Shown piece after piece: positions 29,607-45,033 of a stretch of 64,000 nt of DNA. The notes under the pieces were generated by a model that did not search any database, was not told the origin of the DNA, and saw only the letters and a list, made by a program, of their open reading frames with translations. Position numbers and translations under genes: made by a program. Source of the stretch: Octopus vulgaris (taxonomy: Eukaryota); assembly GCA_951406725.2 (NCBI GenBank), contig OX597821.1, positions 79,794,001 through 79,858,000 on the forward strand, written 5' to 3'. Position 1 is the stretch's first letter; every line of letters starts with the position of its first letter.

Positions 29607-29720
29607 GTGGAGGCGCAATGGCCCAGTGGTTAGGGCAGCGGACTCGCGGTCGTAGGATCGCGGTTTCGATTCCCCGACCGGGCATTGTGAGTGTTTATTG
29701 AACGAAAACACCTAAAGCTT
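29607..29720 (+). mobile_element. tRNA(Arg)-derived SINE head, 3'-truncated
   Basis: tggcccagtggttagggcagcggactcgcggtcgtaggatcgcggtttcgattccc. Confidence 0.8.
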
Positions 29721-29724
29721 CCCT

Positions 29725-30228
29725 CTTGTGGGAATGTTGCCGTTTTTCAAGATCTTTATATTTGCTCAGTTTTTGGTAGGTCTTGACAGATACGTTTATA
29801 TCGATTGGGACAGTCATATCAATGAGGAGGCATGTTGTTTGTTTGAAGTCTTTCAATATGATGTCTGACCTATTTGCATCTATCTTCCTGTCAGTTTAAA
29901 TGGTGAAGTTCCAGAGGAGTGAGATGTGGTCATTTTCAAGCACTGGGGATGGTTTGTGTCCCCACCAGTTTTTATCAAGGGGCAAGTCCAGGATTTTGCA
30001 AATTACCCAGTGAATATATTGTGCAGCTCTATCATGCCTGTAGGCGCAAGAAAACTGCACAAGGGGACAACATGATCAATGGTTTCATTTTCTTGTTGAC
30101 ATACACGACATATTGGGCTACTGCCGTTCTTTAATATGTTGGCCTGGTAGTTCCTTGTAGGTAGGCATTGATCTTGGGATGCTATGGTAAACCCTTCTGT
30201 TTCTCATTTTAAGCCGGAAACCATTAGT
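29725..30228 (-). mobile_element. R4/Dong-clade restriction-like endonuclease fragment
   Basis: AQYIHWVICK..LLWNFTI*TDRKIDANRSDIILKD..CLLIDMTVP..KLSKYKDLE; abuts (TAA)n. Confidence 0.75.
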
Positions 30229-30266
30229 CATTATTATTATTATTATTACTATTATTATTATTATTA

Positions 30267-30340
<74 letters not shown>

Positions 30341-30348
30341 CATCATCA

Positions 30349-30430
<82 letters not shown>

Positions 30431-30455
30431 CGTCATTATTATTATTATTATTATT

Positions 30456-30494
<39 letters not shown>

Positions 30495-30500
<6 letters not shown>

Positions 30501-30670
30501 TCTGTTTTTAGATTCCACATTCTAGTTAACTTTATTTCCAGGTCATTGTATTTTGAAAGTTTCTCCATTTCTTTTAGAGAAACGTTGTCATCTGCTGGTA
30601 TTGATACATCAATTAGAAAGCTTTTTTTCCTTCATGATCTCTGGCAACTATATCTGGCCTACTGGCCTAC
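30495..30670 (-). mobile_element. R4/Dong-clade endonuclease fragment (another copy)
   Basis: RPDIVARDHEG..LIDVSIPADDNVSLKEMEKLSKYNDLEIKLTRMWNLKTET. Confidence 0.75.
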
Positions 30671-31352
30671 TGGCCTTAATTTCTTCTTCTTCTTCTTCTT
30701 CTTCTTCTTCTTCTTCTTCTTCTTCTTCTTCTTCTTCTTCTTCTTCTTCTTCTTCTTCTTCTTCTTCTTCTTCTTCTTCTTCTTCTTCTTTTGTAAGGTG
30801 CAGGCGTGGCTGTATTGTTAGAAGTTTACTCCGTAGAAACACGATTCCGGGCTCAATCGCACTTCATGTTACCTTGAGGGCCACGAGGTGGCATAATCGT
30901 TTCCGTGCCGAGCAAAATGCTTAGCAGCATTTCATCCAGCTTTATACATCCTGTGTTCAATTTCCCCCCCCCCCAGGTCGACTTTGCCTTTAAAAATATT
31001 TTCGGGGTCGATAAAATATGTACCAGTTGAGCACTGGGGTCGAGGTATTCAAATTTCAGGCCTTCTGCCCATAGTAGAAAGGATAACATTTTTGGTTTGG
31101 TGAGCTGTGATATTGTTTGGATGTAGATGATATGTTTGTCTTTCATCGTTTATTCATGTACTCGTTTCAGCCACTGGCCATGCTGTAGCACCTCTTTGAA
31201 GGATGTAGTTAAGTAAATCGTCTGTTACTTTATCTGTTCCACATCTTTTGCCGAATTGCTAAGTTATGGGCGATATAAACAAACCAACACCAGTTATCAA
31301 GCGGTGATGTGGAAACAGGCTCAAACGCAAAGACACGCAGGTACACAGACGC

Positions 31353-31407
<55 letters not shown>

Positions 31408-31873
31408 TGCATGTAAGTATATATGAATATATATTTTCTTTTACTTGCTTCAGTTTTGACACCAAGTAATTAGTACTTAAGTGAAGTTAAGAGTCTTTGT
31501 GCTTTTGAATGGCTAATTTGTGTCTTCGATGCTGTAATTGCTTTCGTTTTAACAAACAGTCTCAGATCAAATCTTTTGCCTGGAAAGTACATCTACTTCA
31601 TAACATTTCGAATTCTTTCTGGCCCATGTTTTTGTCTGTCTATCAAATATTAAAGTACGGTAACTTTCGTGCAGACCCTCGATCCTTACATTTGGGTCGT
31701 TCGATTTGGTCTTGTTGTCCATTCACCTTCTGTACAACAGTATTTTATCTTTTGACTATTAATTGTTTCAATCATTAGACTGCAGCCATGCTGAGGCACC
31801 GATTTTTAGAATTTTTAGTCGAATGAATCAACCCCAGTAATTTTCATTTTTTAAAGCCTGTTACTTATTCTAT

Positions 31874-32481
31874 ACCCAACCCTAACCCCAACCCCTAACC
31901 CTAACACTAAGCCTAACCATAACCCTAGCCCTGTAACCCTAACCCTCACACTAACCCTAGTCCTAAACCTAACCCTAACACTAACCTTAAACCAAATCCT
32001 AACCCTAGCCCTATCCCAAACCTTAACCCTAATCCTAACCCTAACCATCTAACCCCACCCTAACCCAAACCCTAACGCTACCAACAATCCTAACCCTAAC
32101 ACTAACCCCAACCCAAACCCCAACCCTAACCCTAAACCTAACCCTAATTCAAACCCTCTAACCCTAACCCTAACAGTAACCCTAACCCTAACCCTAAAAC
32201 TCTAAACCTAACCTTAACCATAACCCTGACCCTAGCCCTAACCCTAACCCTAACCCTAACCCTAAACCCAAAACACTAAACCTAACCCAAACCCTAACCC
32301 TAACCCGAATCCGAACCCTAACCCTAACCCTAAACCTAACGCGAACCCTAACCCTAGCCCAACACCAAACCTTAACCCTAACCCTAACTCAAACCCTAAC
32401 CCAAAACCTAGCATCCTAATCCTAACCCTAACACTACCCGAGCTCGAACCCGAACCCTAACCCATAACCCTAACCCTAACC

Positions 32482-32483
<2 letters not shown>
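31874..32483 (-). repeat. Interstitial degenerate telomeric repeat (TTAGGG)n
   Basis: ~610 bp of CCCTAA and variants (CACTAA, CCCTAG, CCCAAA, CCCGAA). Confidence 0.9.
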
Positions 32484-32576
<93 letters not shown>

Positions 32577-32741
32577 CACACACACACACACATATACTTG
32601 TATGTATATCTTTTATCTTTTACTTGTTTCAGTCATTAGCTTGTGGTCATGCTGGGACACTCTCTTGTATATATTGTATATATATATATATTTATGTATA
32701 TACATATATGGATGTATATGTTTATGTATACACACACACAG

Positions 32742-32832
<91 letters not shown>

Positions 32833-32914
32833 GGTGGGGGTGGGTGGGTGTGTGGGTGTGTGTATTTATATATTTATATATATATATATGTAAATATATA
32901 TATATATATACATA

Positions 32915-33260
32915 CTGCCCAAACAACCTGAACATTAGTTTCAAGGTTCATCCAAGGCTGGGACCACGTCCCCTGCCCAATTCAGGATCCACAACATATA
33001 GGTACACTGCAACACAGTTTCTTTTTCTCAACAGACCCTGCCCTGTTTAACATTGTCCCAAAACTGATCAAAGTGGAAAAGGATCCCATCAGGACAGATT
33101 TTTTCAAGGAATACCAGACACGCCACCCATACCTGCATACAACTCTCTCAACAAGAACTAAAAACATGACTTACAAAGGATAATCCTATCAGGTTGTGCT
33201 ATTAAGTTAGACATGGCCTGGACCAATCTTTGGTCGAAACATATCTATTTTTTATCTAAG

Positions 33261-33263
<3 letters not shown>
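32915..33263 (+). mobile_element. Decayed CR1-clade 3' fragment
   Basis: [18 protein letters not shown] and tail ctattaagttagacatggcctgg. Confidence 0.8.
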
Positions 33264-33300
<37 letters not shown>

Positions 33301-33510
33301 TTTCTTTACTCTTTTACTTGTTTCAGTCATTTGACTGCGGCCATGCTGGAGCACCGCCTTTAGTCGAGCAAAATCGACCCCGGGACTTATTCTTTGTAAG
33401 CCCAGTACTTATTCTATCGGTCTCTTTTGCCGAACCGCTAAGTGACGGGGACATAGACACACCAGCATCGGCTATCAAGCAATGCTAGGGGGACAAACAC
33501 AGACACACAA

Positions 33511-33571
<61 letters not shown>

Positions 33572-33737
33572 TACGACAGGCTTCTTTCAGTTTCCGTCTA
33601 CCAAATCCACTCACAAGGTATTGGTCGGCCCGGGGCCATAGCATAAGACACTTGCCCAAGATGCCACGCAGTGGGACTGAACCCGGAACCATGTGGTTGG
33701 TTAGCAAGATACTTACCACACAGCCACTCCTGCGCCT
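33301..33737 (-). mobile_element. SINE family A, full-length reference copy
   Basis: A/B-box head, internal (TA)/(TG) microsatellite, 3' stem-loop and AAAAGAGT tail. Confidence 0.9.
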
Positions 33738-33756
33738 ATATATATATATATATATA

Positions 33757-34063
33757 TTGCTTGTTCGTTCTCGAGCCACGCCTGGCTCATAAGGGCTGGT
33801 TTCCCGGTTTCCTTGGCGTATAGGTCCCCACCCCCTGGACGGGACGCTGGTCCGTCGCAGGTGAGCTGCAAGATGTAGGAGGAAAGAGTGAGAGAAAGTT
33901 GTGGCGAAAGAGTCAGCAGAACTTCGCCATTAACTTCTGCCGGAGCCGCGTGGAGCTTAGGTGTTTTCGCTCATAAACATACACATCGCCCAGTCTGAGA
34001 TTCGAACCCACGATCCCTCGACTGCGAGTCCACTGCTCTAACCACTAGGCCATGTACCTCCAC
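33757..34063 (-). mobile_element. tRNA(Arg)-derived SINE, full length
   Basis: Reverse-complement homolog of 455-764. Confidence 0.87.
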
Positions 34064-34106
34064 ACACACACATACACACACACACACATATATATATATA
34101 TTATAA

Positions 34107-34330
34107 TTTACTACCCACAAGGGTCTAAACACAGAGGGGACAAACAAGGTCAGACAAACAGATTAAGTCGATTACATCGACCCCAGGGCGTAACTGGTAC
34201 TTAATTTATCGACCCCGAAAGGATGAAAGGCAAAGTCGACCTCGCCAGAATTTGAACTTAGAACGTAACGGCAGACGAAATACGGATACGCATTTCACCC
34301 GGCGTTCTAACGTTTGTCAGCTCGCCGCCT
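34107..34330 (-). mobile_element. SINE family B, full length
   Basis: Minus strand aggcggcgagctgacaaacgttag..gtcgactttgcctttcatcctttcggggtcgataaattaagtacc. Confidence 0.85.
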
Positions 34331-34334
34331 TTAT

Positions 34335-34372
<38 letters not shown>

Positions 34373-34787
34373 ATGCGTGTGTGTGTGTGTGTGTGTGTAG
34401 CGCGTGCGAGAGAGAGAAAGCGGGTGCAGAAAGGAAATTTTCTTTTCCCTATTTCCATATTCCACTAATCAGTGCTCTTTTGTCTGTTTTTAAATATTAT
34501 TCCTGCCTCCCTTCTGTGTCTTGGCTTCTGTTTGTATCTGAGGCAGACCTCATCCTCCTTCAGTCTAAACTTTGCCTTCTCATCCAGTGTTGCTTAAACA
34601 AAGAACCAGTCAGATATTGGAATCGATATAATCGATTCTCCACCCTGTCCCACAAACCTTAGCTCTGTACCACTGTTACAAATCATCATCATTATTATCA
34701 TTATTGATCTCTTATCTTCACCTTTTCATTTAACTTACTTGCTTAACATTTCAGACATTGATTGGAAAAGGAAAAGATCAATGATGG

Positions 34788-34849
<62 letters not shown>

Positions 34850-35434
34850 GTGATGACGACGACGATGAAATATATTATGAAGAGAAATGAGGACGATAAC
34901 AACGACGACGACGACGACGACGAAGCATGTGAAGAAAATAAAGAGAAAAATGACGTTCGTGATAAGAACAAGAATATTATTTTTATTACCAGAGGTAGCG
35001 CCCTCCTCCCCTTCCCCTTCTCCTCCCTCCTCCTTATAATCATCATCATCATCAACAGCAGCATTTGTGGGCAGTTAGACATGTGGTTGTTGCAGGTCGA
35101 GTCTGCCCTCCCACGCAGGGCAGTCCTGAGACCTAGCAGACTCCTTCGGCGGTTCTCACTGCTTCTACTTGTAGCAGCAGCGGCAGCAGCAATAGCAGCA
35201 ACAGCAGCAATAGCAGCAACAACAGCAACATTACAGGGTAGCAGTGGTAGTAGTAGTGGTGGTGGTGGTAATGGTAGTGGTAGTAGTAGTATTAGTAGTG
35301 GTAGTAGTAGTAGTAGTGGCGGTAGTAGTAATCAATGGAGTCTGACGATAACATTGGTGACATTCATGCTTTTCCCTAAAAGCAATATAGAAAGACGATA
35401 GTATTTAGTGGTAAACAATATATAACAAACTAGC

Positions 35435-35465
<31 letters not shown>

Positions 35466-35641
35466 CCGCCGCTGTCGTTCTCCTCCTCCTCCTCATCATC
35501 ATCATCTTCGTTATCATCATCATCATCGTCATCGTCATCAACAACTGTTACAATAACAGCAATTACAGCAGCAGCAACACCAAATACAATAATAATAATA
35601 ATGATAATAATAATAATAATACTAACAAAATACTAACAAAA

Positions 35642-35679
<38 letters not shown>

Positions 35680-35709
35680 ATAATAATAATAATAAAAATA
35701 CTAACAAAA

Positions 35710-35829
<120 letters not shown>

Positions 35830-36645
35830 CACTAACAAAATACTACTACTACTACTACTACTACTACTAATAATAATAATAATAATAATAATAGTAATCG
35901 TCGACGACAACCGGCTAATTGCAGCAGCAACACCAACAACGACAAAAACAACAACAGGCCAACTGCAACGACAAAATCGAGACCAACTGCAGCAACTACA
36001 ACAACAACAACAGCAGCAGCAGCGAAGAATATAAAAGAAAACAAAAACATTAGCAAACAACATCAGCTGCAGCAAAAATAGCTTCAGCTGCAACAACAAC
36101 AATAACCGACATCACAAATGATATTATTATATATAATATAATAATATATAAATAACAATATAAAAATAATACGGAAAAAGAAGAACCTTATAAATAATAA
36201 ATGAATGCATGTTTTTATTTTTTTCCCCAATAAAATAATTTCCAAGTGGTGCCACCTGGTGTGCAAAGTGCAGGCATTGGTGTCGCTTAGGTTGCTCATT
36301 CGCCTTGCAGTTGTAGGCTGACAATATTGAGTGAAGCTGAACTGGAAGCTGGCAACCAGAAATTGCCTGTTTTTGATTGTAGTCTATAGAGCCGTGCTCC
36401 TAAGCATGCATGCATGCATGTGCATGCATGTATGCATGCATGTATGCATGTATGCATGCATGTATGCATGCATGCATGCATTTATGTATGTATGTATGTT
36501 TGCATGTATGTGTGTGTGTGTGTATGAATGTATGTATGTATGTAACACGGAAGGAAGACAAATTCATATATAGATAAATATATTAGACAGGTCAGCGATG
36601 TAAAGTGAAGAGAACAGCTACATTGTACACACTCAGATAGGCAGC

Positions 36646-36696
<51 letters not shown>

Positions 36697-36750
36697 ACGC
36701 ACACATGCAGACACAAAATGACTGGATCGAAGTGTAAACGTTCATAATAT

Positions 36751-36862
<112 letters not shown>

Positions 36863-37119
36863 TTAGGGAGTATATTGAGTTGCCTAATAATGGTTTTATC
36901 TGTAATTTAATTTATATATATATATATCAAATATGTATGATTGTGTGTTCGCATATACATATACATGCCTACGTACCTACCTACATACGTAGATACATTC
37001 ATATAAATATATATATATATATATATGTATGTATATATTTATGTATGTATATATACATATCTATATATATATACATATATATATATCCTACATTTTATAT
37101 ATATATATTTTTTTTTTTT

Positions 37120-37257
37120 TCATCGTTTATATGTATGTATGTATGTATGGATGGATGGATGGATGGATGGATGGATGGATGGATGGAGGTAGATAGACAG
37201 AGAGATACGTATGTACTTATAGATATTGTATACACGCACACACACATATATACAAGT

Positions 37258-37317
<60 letters not shown>

Positions 37318-37416
37318 ATATATATATATATACAGGGATAGAGAGAGAGAGAGAGAGAGAAGAGAAAGATACCTACATGTATATAGATAGATATATATAT
37401 ATACCTATATATATAC

Positions 37417-37447
<31 letters not shown>

Positions 37448-37583
37448 GGTATATATATATATATGTATGTATACTTGTATATATATATGTGTGTGCGTGT
37501 ATACAATATCTATATGTACATACGTATCTCTCTGTCTATCTACATCCATCCATCCATCCATACATACATATAAACGAGGAAAA
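37120..37583. repeat. Local inverted duplication (arms ~37120-37270 and ~37462-37583)
   Basis: gtagatagacagagagatacgtatgtac..gatattgtatacacgcac recurs in reverse complement. Confidence 0.8.
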
Positions 37584-37823
37584 CAAGTGTGAGAGTAGCA
37601 GAGAAATTGCCTTGCATAATTTATTCCAGCTCTTTATGTTTGGAGTTCTAATCTTATCGAGGCCAGCTTTGCCATTCAGTTCTCAGGGTCTGATAAAATT
37701 TATTTTATGTCAAGTTTTGGCTTGATGTTTCCATTAACACACTTCCCTCAAAATAGCTGGCTTTGTGTCTGAATTAGACACAGTTATTTTACATCGATAG
37801 TATATTATTATACATCATATAAA

Positions 37824-37998
37824 TGCATGCGTAGCTGTGTGGTAAGAAGCTTGCTTCCCAGCCACAACGTTCCGCGTTCAGTTCCATTGCATAGCACTGG
37901 GACAACCAAAGCCTTGCGAGTTGATTTGGTAGATGGAAACTGAAAAGAAGCCCGTTGTATATATATATATATATATATATATATGTTTACATATATAC

Positions 37999-38064
<66 letters not shown>

Positions 38065-38278
38065 TTGTGTGTCTTTGCGACTGTGTTTGTCCCCCACTAC
38101 CGCTTGGCAACCGGTGCTGGTGTGTTGATGTCCTGGTAACCTAGTGGTTAGGCAACAGGGACCGATAGAATATGTACCACACTTGAAAATAAAATAGGTA
38201 CCGGGATCAATTTGTTCGACTAAAACTTCCTCAAAGGCAGTGCCCCAACATGGCTGCAGCCTGAAACAAATAAAAGAT
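37824..38278 (+). mobile_element. SINE family A, diverged
   Basis: gctgtgtggtaagaagcttgcttcccagccac..ctgaaacaaataaaaga. Confidence 0.8.
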
Positions 38279-38429
38279 ACCCGTATATATGTATATAAGT
38301 GTGTGTGTGTGTATGCGTTGATATAAATATATATATATGTATGGATATTATCTATCTACCTGCATAAATATCTTTCTCCGTCTCTCTCTCTCTGTCTATA
38401 TATCCTGTATGTCTGTCTCTCTATGTATC

Positions 38430-38463
<34 letters not shown>

Positions 38464-38571
38464 TTATATACACATATACGTATATACATGCAAACATACA
38501 TATGTACACACACACGCACACACACAAACGCACGCACGCATATATATTTGTATTGTATGTACGTATATATG

Positions 38572-38619
<48 letters not shown>

Positions 38620-38714
38620 CATACACACACACATACACACATATATATATGATATAATATAATATAATATAATATAATATGGTATAATGTAAATTAATAT
38701 AATATGCAGACACA

Positions 38715-39450
<736 letters not shown>

Positions 39451-39913
39451 ATGCCTTTTCGCATCCAGCAGTCGTTGTAGCAACACGTATTTGTTTGTTT
39501 CCTGTGGCCTAAAAGCACTCTTCCACTAGCCAGCCCCAAACTCAACTAGTCCTGTCGAAAGACCCTTGTCCTGACGTCCTGTTTTTGTTTTTATCCTTAC
39601 CATTATTGTTTTTACGTATTTGTATTCTTATTCGTGCTTTCTTTATTGTTTTTACGTATTTTTGTATTTTTATTCGTGTACATCGTCCGTTTTCCGTCCT
39701 TGTGTTGTATACATTCGTGGCTTTCTTCCAAGGGATCTAATGCGCTTGGCTTAGATTTCCCTTGGGGACTGCCCAGATCGGAGCAATCTCAAGATTAATC
39801 AGCGGAAATTGCGAAGATGATCCGGTTCTTGACTGATGATTGAGGGCTTCGAATGTCCCGTCCGACGTTTCTTGCGTCGTCTTCTAGGTGTTTCACGTTC
39901 TTGTCCCAGTTTG

Positions 39914-39953
<40 letters not shown>

Positions 39954-40311
39954 ATATATGGAGAGAGAGAATGAGAGCAAGAGAGAGCAGATACAGACAG
40001 ATAGACAGAGAGAGATACATAGGCAAGTGCAGATAGTTAATATTCATACACAGATACACACACACACACACACAGACGCGCGCACAGACACACACACATA
40101 TATAGATATATATAAAATAAAATACAAAATGGGACAAGAACGGTACTTATTTTAAAAATCTAGTTCTTATTCTATCGGTCTCTATTGCAGGGGCATAAAC
40201 AAACTAATACAACTTTATCAAGCGGTATTGGGGGACAAACACATGCACAAACACACATACATAAATGCATACATATATGCATGCGCACGTACACACACAT
40301 CTATCTATCAA

Positions 40312-40391
<80 letters not shown>

Positions 40392-40646
40392 CATACATAT
40401 TTAAATTTAAATAATAAAGGTGAAAAATTAAATGTTAATTTGATCAATATCAATTTAAAACTAGTGGCCTAGCATATTGAAAAATCTGAAGATTCAGAAA
40501 AATCATATTACATTCATATAAGGAGGATGACCACTAAGTGGACATCCATTATGCTAGAAGTAGACATTATATGGTCTGACCACTAAGAAAAGATTGTTCT
40601 CAAGAAAATTAGACCATATGGTGTCATCCCTCTTATATATATGTAA

Positions 40647-40786
<140 letters not shown>

Positions 40787-41010
40787 CATCTATCTATCTG
40801 TCTATCTATCTATACATACACATATACATACTTATATATATACATATGAGAGGCATTGGTATCCATAAGACCCAAGGTATCAGGTACGGCTATGTAAGTG
40901 CCTTGGAAGTACCGTAGTTAAACTCTCGGTTCGATAATGATACGAGTGAGGAGTCTAATGCAGGTCTCGTATGAGCATGTATATGTTAAATAAAACAAAG
41001 CCAAGGCTGC

Positions 41011-41226
41011 GTGGAATTTTCAGGACATTTATTAAAGAGAAATTTAGTCTTACAGTTATTTCTGGGATATTGGGGATATCCCTTCCTTAGAGACGATGTG
41101 AGATGGTTAGATACAGTTTCTCTCTGTTTAATAATCTCAAATCGAATCCGATGAAGGGATATCCCTAGTAACCCAGAAACAACTGTAAGACTAACTTTCT
41201 ATCTATAAATGTCCTGAAAATTCCAC
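41011..41226. repeat. ~75-bp inverted repeat with degenerate hammerhead motifs in both arms
   Basis: Arms 41011-41085 and 41153-41226; plus strand ccgatga-agggat..ccca-GAAAC-aact-GTA-agac. Confidence 0.7.
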
Positions 41227-41252
41227 AATTCCCCCCCACACACACACACACA

Positions 41253-41456
41253 TTCTTTTATGCTTTTATTTGTTTCAGTCATTTGATTACGGCCATGCTG
41301 CACCTTTTTAGTCGAACAAATCGACCCCAAAACTTATTCTTTGTAAGCCTAGGACTTATTCTATCGGTTTCTTTTGGTGAATCGCTAATTTACAGAGATG
41401 TAAACACACCAGCATCGGTTGTCAAGCGATGGTGGGGGGCAAGCACAGACACACAA

Positions 41457-41545
<89 letters not shown>

Positions 41546-41711
41546 CAACAGGCTTCTTTCAGTTTTTGTCTATCAAATCCACTCACAAGATTTTGGTCGG
41601 CCCAAGGCTATAGTAGAATACACTTGCCTAAGGTGCCACGCAGTGGCGCTGAACCCGGAACCATGTGGTTGCTATAAGCAAGCTACTTACCACACAACCA
41701 CTTCCGCGCCT
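41253..41711 (-). mobile_element. SINE family A, full length
   Basis: Aligns with 33301-33737. Confidence 0.85.
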
Positions 41712-42608
41712 ATATATATACACACACACACGGCATGATTCTTTTCCATTCACAAGGCTTTGGTCGGCCAGGGACAATAGCAGAACACACTTGCCTAAGG
41801 TGTCACGCAGTGGGAGTGAATCCAGAAGCATGTGATTGAGAAGTAAACTTCTGAACACATTTCTATGCCTGGTGAAATGTTTTATTCTATTTTATTTTTG
41901 TCGTTAAATATTTTTTCTTAATGTAAGAAGAAACTATTGCGAGTGAGAAAGAGCCAACCGTTTCCACAGACCAGTATTTATGATTCTATGATAATAATAA
42001 ATATCTCCGTGTTACACAGGGGTCATAAAGTCAGTGCTTGGATGAGGGAGTCAGTAGCGCTAAAGTGGACGGCAGATAAATCTTCAGTCTCTAGTAAGCA
42101 ATCATCTCCCAGAAGATCGCCAGTTCAACTGAAGCGTGTAAAATTAAGTGCCTATGCCTTACATACAAATACAACGAACGAAGACGAACCGCTGCAGTCA
42201 ATATGAACTCATGTCTCGTAAGCAGGTAGGAATATACTTATCAACTACCTTATCTTCTCGGCAATCTCGGACACGCAAAAAAAAGAAAAACAAAAAACAA
42301 CAAACAAACACACACATATACATGCACACGCACATATACACAAACAAACATATATAGAGACTGATGCTTATGTATGTATGTATGTATGTATGTATGTATG
42401 TATGTATGTATGTATGTATGTATGTATGTGTGTGTGTGTATGTATGCATGTATGTGTGTGTATGTATGTATGTATGTGTGTGTGTGTGTATGCATGTATG
42501 TATGTGTGTGTATGTATGTATGTATGTATGTATGTATGTATGTATGCATGTATGTGTGTGTGTATGTATGCATGTATGTATGTGTGTGTATGTATGTATG
42601 TATGTATG

Positions 42609-42648
<40 letters not shown>

Positions 42649-43149
42649 GTTTTGACTATCAACGTTTATACATGTGTGCATATATGTGTGTATGAACATA
42701 CCCTTTACTTACAAACGCCGATAAGTAAATATAAAGGTGGACAAAATTTGATTTATAAATACAGATATACATATGATAGAGTCTCCCATATGTGATACAG
42801 ACAGTTACAAAACTTCGATTTATTGAGATTACCCAAGCAATACGTGAACAAAACTCTTTCTAAAAAATAGATCCATTAATATCAATCAAACCGAAAAAAT
42901 AGATGGGTAGGCGGTCTTGTCTTCAAAGCTGTCTGGTAAATGCATCTTATACACACACACACGGTAAATGCAAAGGATGGCTGTGTGGTAAGAAGTTTGC
43001 TTCCCAACACATAGTTCCGGGTTCGGCCACTGCATAGCACTTTGGTAAAGTATCTCCTATTATAGCCCCGGGCCGAATATAGCCTACTGAGTAGATTTGG
43101 TAGACGGAAACAAGTCAGTCGTATATATATATATATATATATATATATG

Positions 43150-43349
43150 ACCGCGTGTGAATCGTTGGCGATTTTTTCCTCCGTCTTCCCTTCCTTGGAC
43201 TTTTCCTTTTTTCTATATTTCTGACGAAGAGCTCCGCTCAAAACGTTAAATCCTCCTTCTTTATTTCCATTTCTGAGTGTCCAATAACACCATACTTGTT
43301 CCATGTCCTCGCGTTGTTGTGTTTTCTCTTTGTGTTTTCATGTTTGGAT

Positions 43350-43355
<6 letters not shown>
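43150..43355 (+). mobile_element. Penelope-type terminal repeat with minimal hammerhead motif
   Basis: CTGACGA-a-gagc-tcc-gctc-aAAA-cgtt at 43221-43247; homologs at 44715-44940(-) and 60113-60283(-). Confidence 0.65.
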
Positions 43356-43394
<39 letters not shown>

Positions 43395-43490
43395 ACAAAG
43401 GGTAAAATTAATTAATTAAGAAGTAATCAATAAATTTCACCAAGTAGAATTCGGTATGAAAACAAGACCGTTACTCGGTAAATTTTAGTA

Positions 43491-43782
43491 ATACTAATAA
43501 AAAGGGTTCAGCAAAGAATTGCCTCACCACACACCGAAGTTCAGAAATAGCAGCCAAAAATCTTAGCCATTTCTTCAACTTTAAAAAGGGTCTTCCAGAG
43601 AAACCAAAATACTATCTTGATTGATTTTCGTTACTTTACTCTCTGCCTGTGTGATTAACCTTCTAGTATTTTGGTTCTCTGGAAGACCCTTTTTAAAGTA
43701 GAAGAAATGGCTAAGATTTTTGGCTGCTATTTCTGAACTTCGGTGTATGGTGAGGCAATTCTTTGCTGAACCCTTTTTATTA

Positions 43783-43786
<4 letters not shown>
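43491..43786. repeat. ~124-bp foldback (arms 43491-43614 and 43664-43786) within (TA)n
   Basis: Near-perfect reverse complements with a 49-nt spacer. Confidence 0.9.
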
Positions 43787-43849
<63 letters not shown>

Positions 43850-43850
<1 letters not shown>

Positions 43851-44237
43851 ACTTATATTACTTTGATAAGTTCCAACCGAAGTTGGCCCAGGCCATGTCT
43901 AATTTAATAGTACCACCTGGAAGAGATAAACAGTCAGCTTTTGAGCACCGTAGCCCATTCGGGCAGAGAGTTATTGCTTTCAGAGACATATCCAGGTGTG
44001 GTTGGTTTGTCTGGTATTTGTTGGATGTAAATCATCTAAGGACCGTTTTAATGCTGTGAAATCACTTTCTTCCTTTTTGTGGGTTGGCACGATGTTGAGG
44101 AGAGCAGGACCAGTTGAGGGGAAATAGTTCTGTCGTAGTGTTGTGATACAACACGAACAGGATTTCTGTGGTGGACGGATGGCACGGGAGCCAAACCTCG
44201 GATTAATATTATAGATGATACCTATATCATTTGGGTA
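43850..44237 (-). mobile_element. Decayed CR1-clade 3' fragment
   Basis: Minus strand INPRFGSRAIRPPQK..LRQNYFPSTGPALLNIVP and tail ccaggtggtactattaaattagacatggcctggg. Confidence 0.8.
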
Positions 44238-44714
44238 TCATATATATGTGTGTATGTATATACATGTACGTTTGTATATATCTATGTGAGTGTCTTTGTG
44301 TTTTTCCCTTACCGCTTTACAACCGGTGTTGTTTAGTGTAGGTCCCTGTCATTTACAGGTTCATCAATAAAACTCCAATAGAATTAATATCAGGCCTAAA
44401 ACAAAAAGGACTGGGGTCAATTTGTTCGACCGAAACTTTCAAAGCGGTGCCTCAGCGTGACTGCAGTCTAATGACTGAAACAAATAATAGAATAAAAAAA
44501 CAGCGAATGATACACACACACACACACACACACAAGACACACACACACACACACACACACACTTAAAACACACACACACACTTAAAACACACACACACAC
44601 TTAAAACACACACACACTTAAAACACACACACACTCACACACAAACACACACACACTTAAAACACACACACTTAAAACACACACACACACACACACACAA
44701 ACACACACATATAT

Positions 44715-44940
44715 AATCAATGCCCCACCAAAAAGAAAACGAAGAAAATGCACAAGAAAATAAAAACAACAATGCGAGGACGTGGTACATGCAAAGTATT
44801 ATCAGACGCTCAGGGAAGGAAAGAAAGGTAGGTTTATGTTTCGAGCAAAGCTCTTCGTCAGAAACAGGAGACGGAGGAAAGTCCAAGAGAAAAGGAAAAC
44901 GGAGGAAAAAAATCGCCAACGATCCACATGTGGTTATATT
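44715..44940 (-). mobile_element. Penelope-type terminal repeat with minimal hammerhead (44832-44865)
   Basis: Minus strand gttt-CTGACGA-a-gagc-ttt-gctc-GAAA-c-ATA-aac; lies downstream of a Penelope RT fragment on the same strand. Confidence 0.65.
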
Positions 44941-45018
<78 letters not shown>

Positions 45019-45033
45019 GTACATACATAATAC

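Noticed and set aside
34739-35401. 220-aa Ala/Ser/Gly-rich ORF around a GC-rich island
   Set aside because: Mostly trinucleotide repeats; no recognisable domain or convincing splice context; the island may be regulatory
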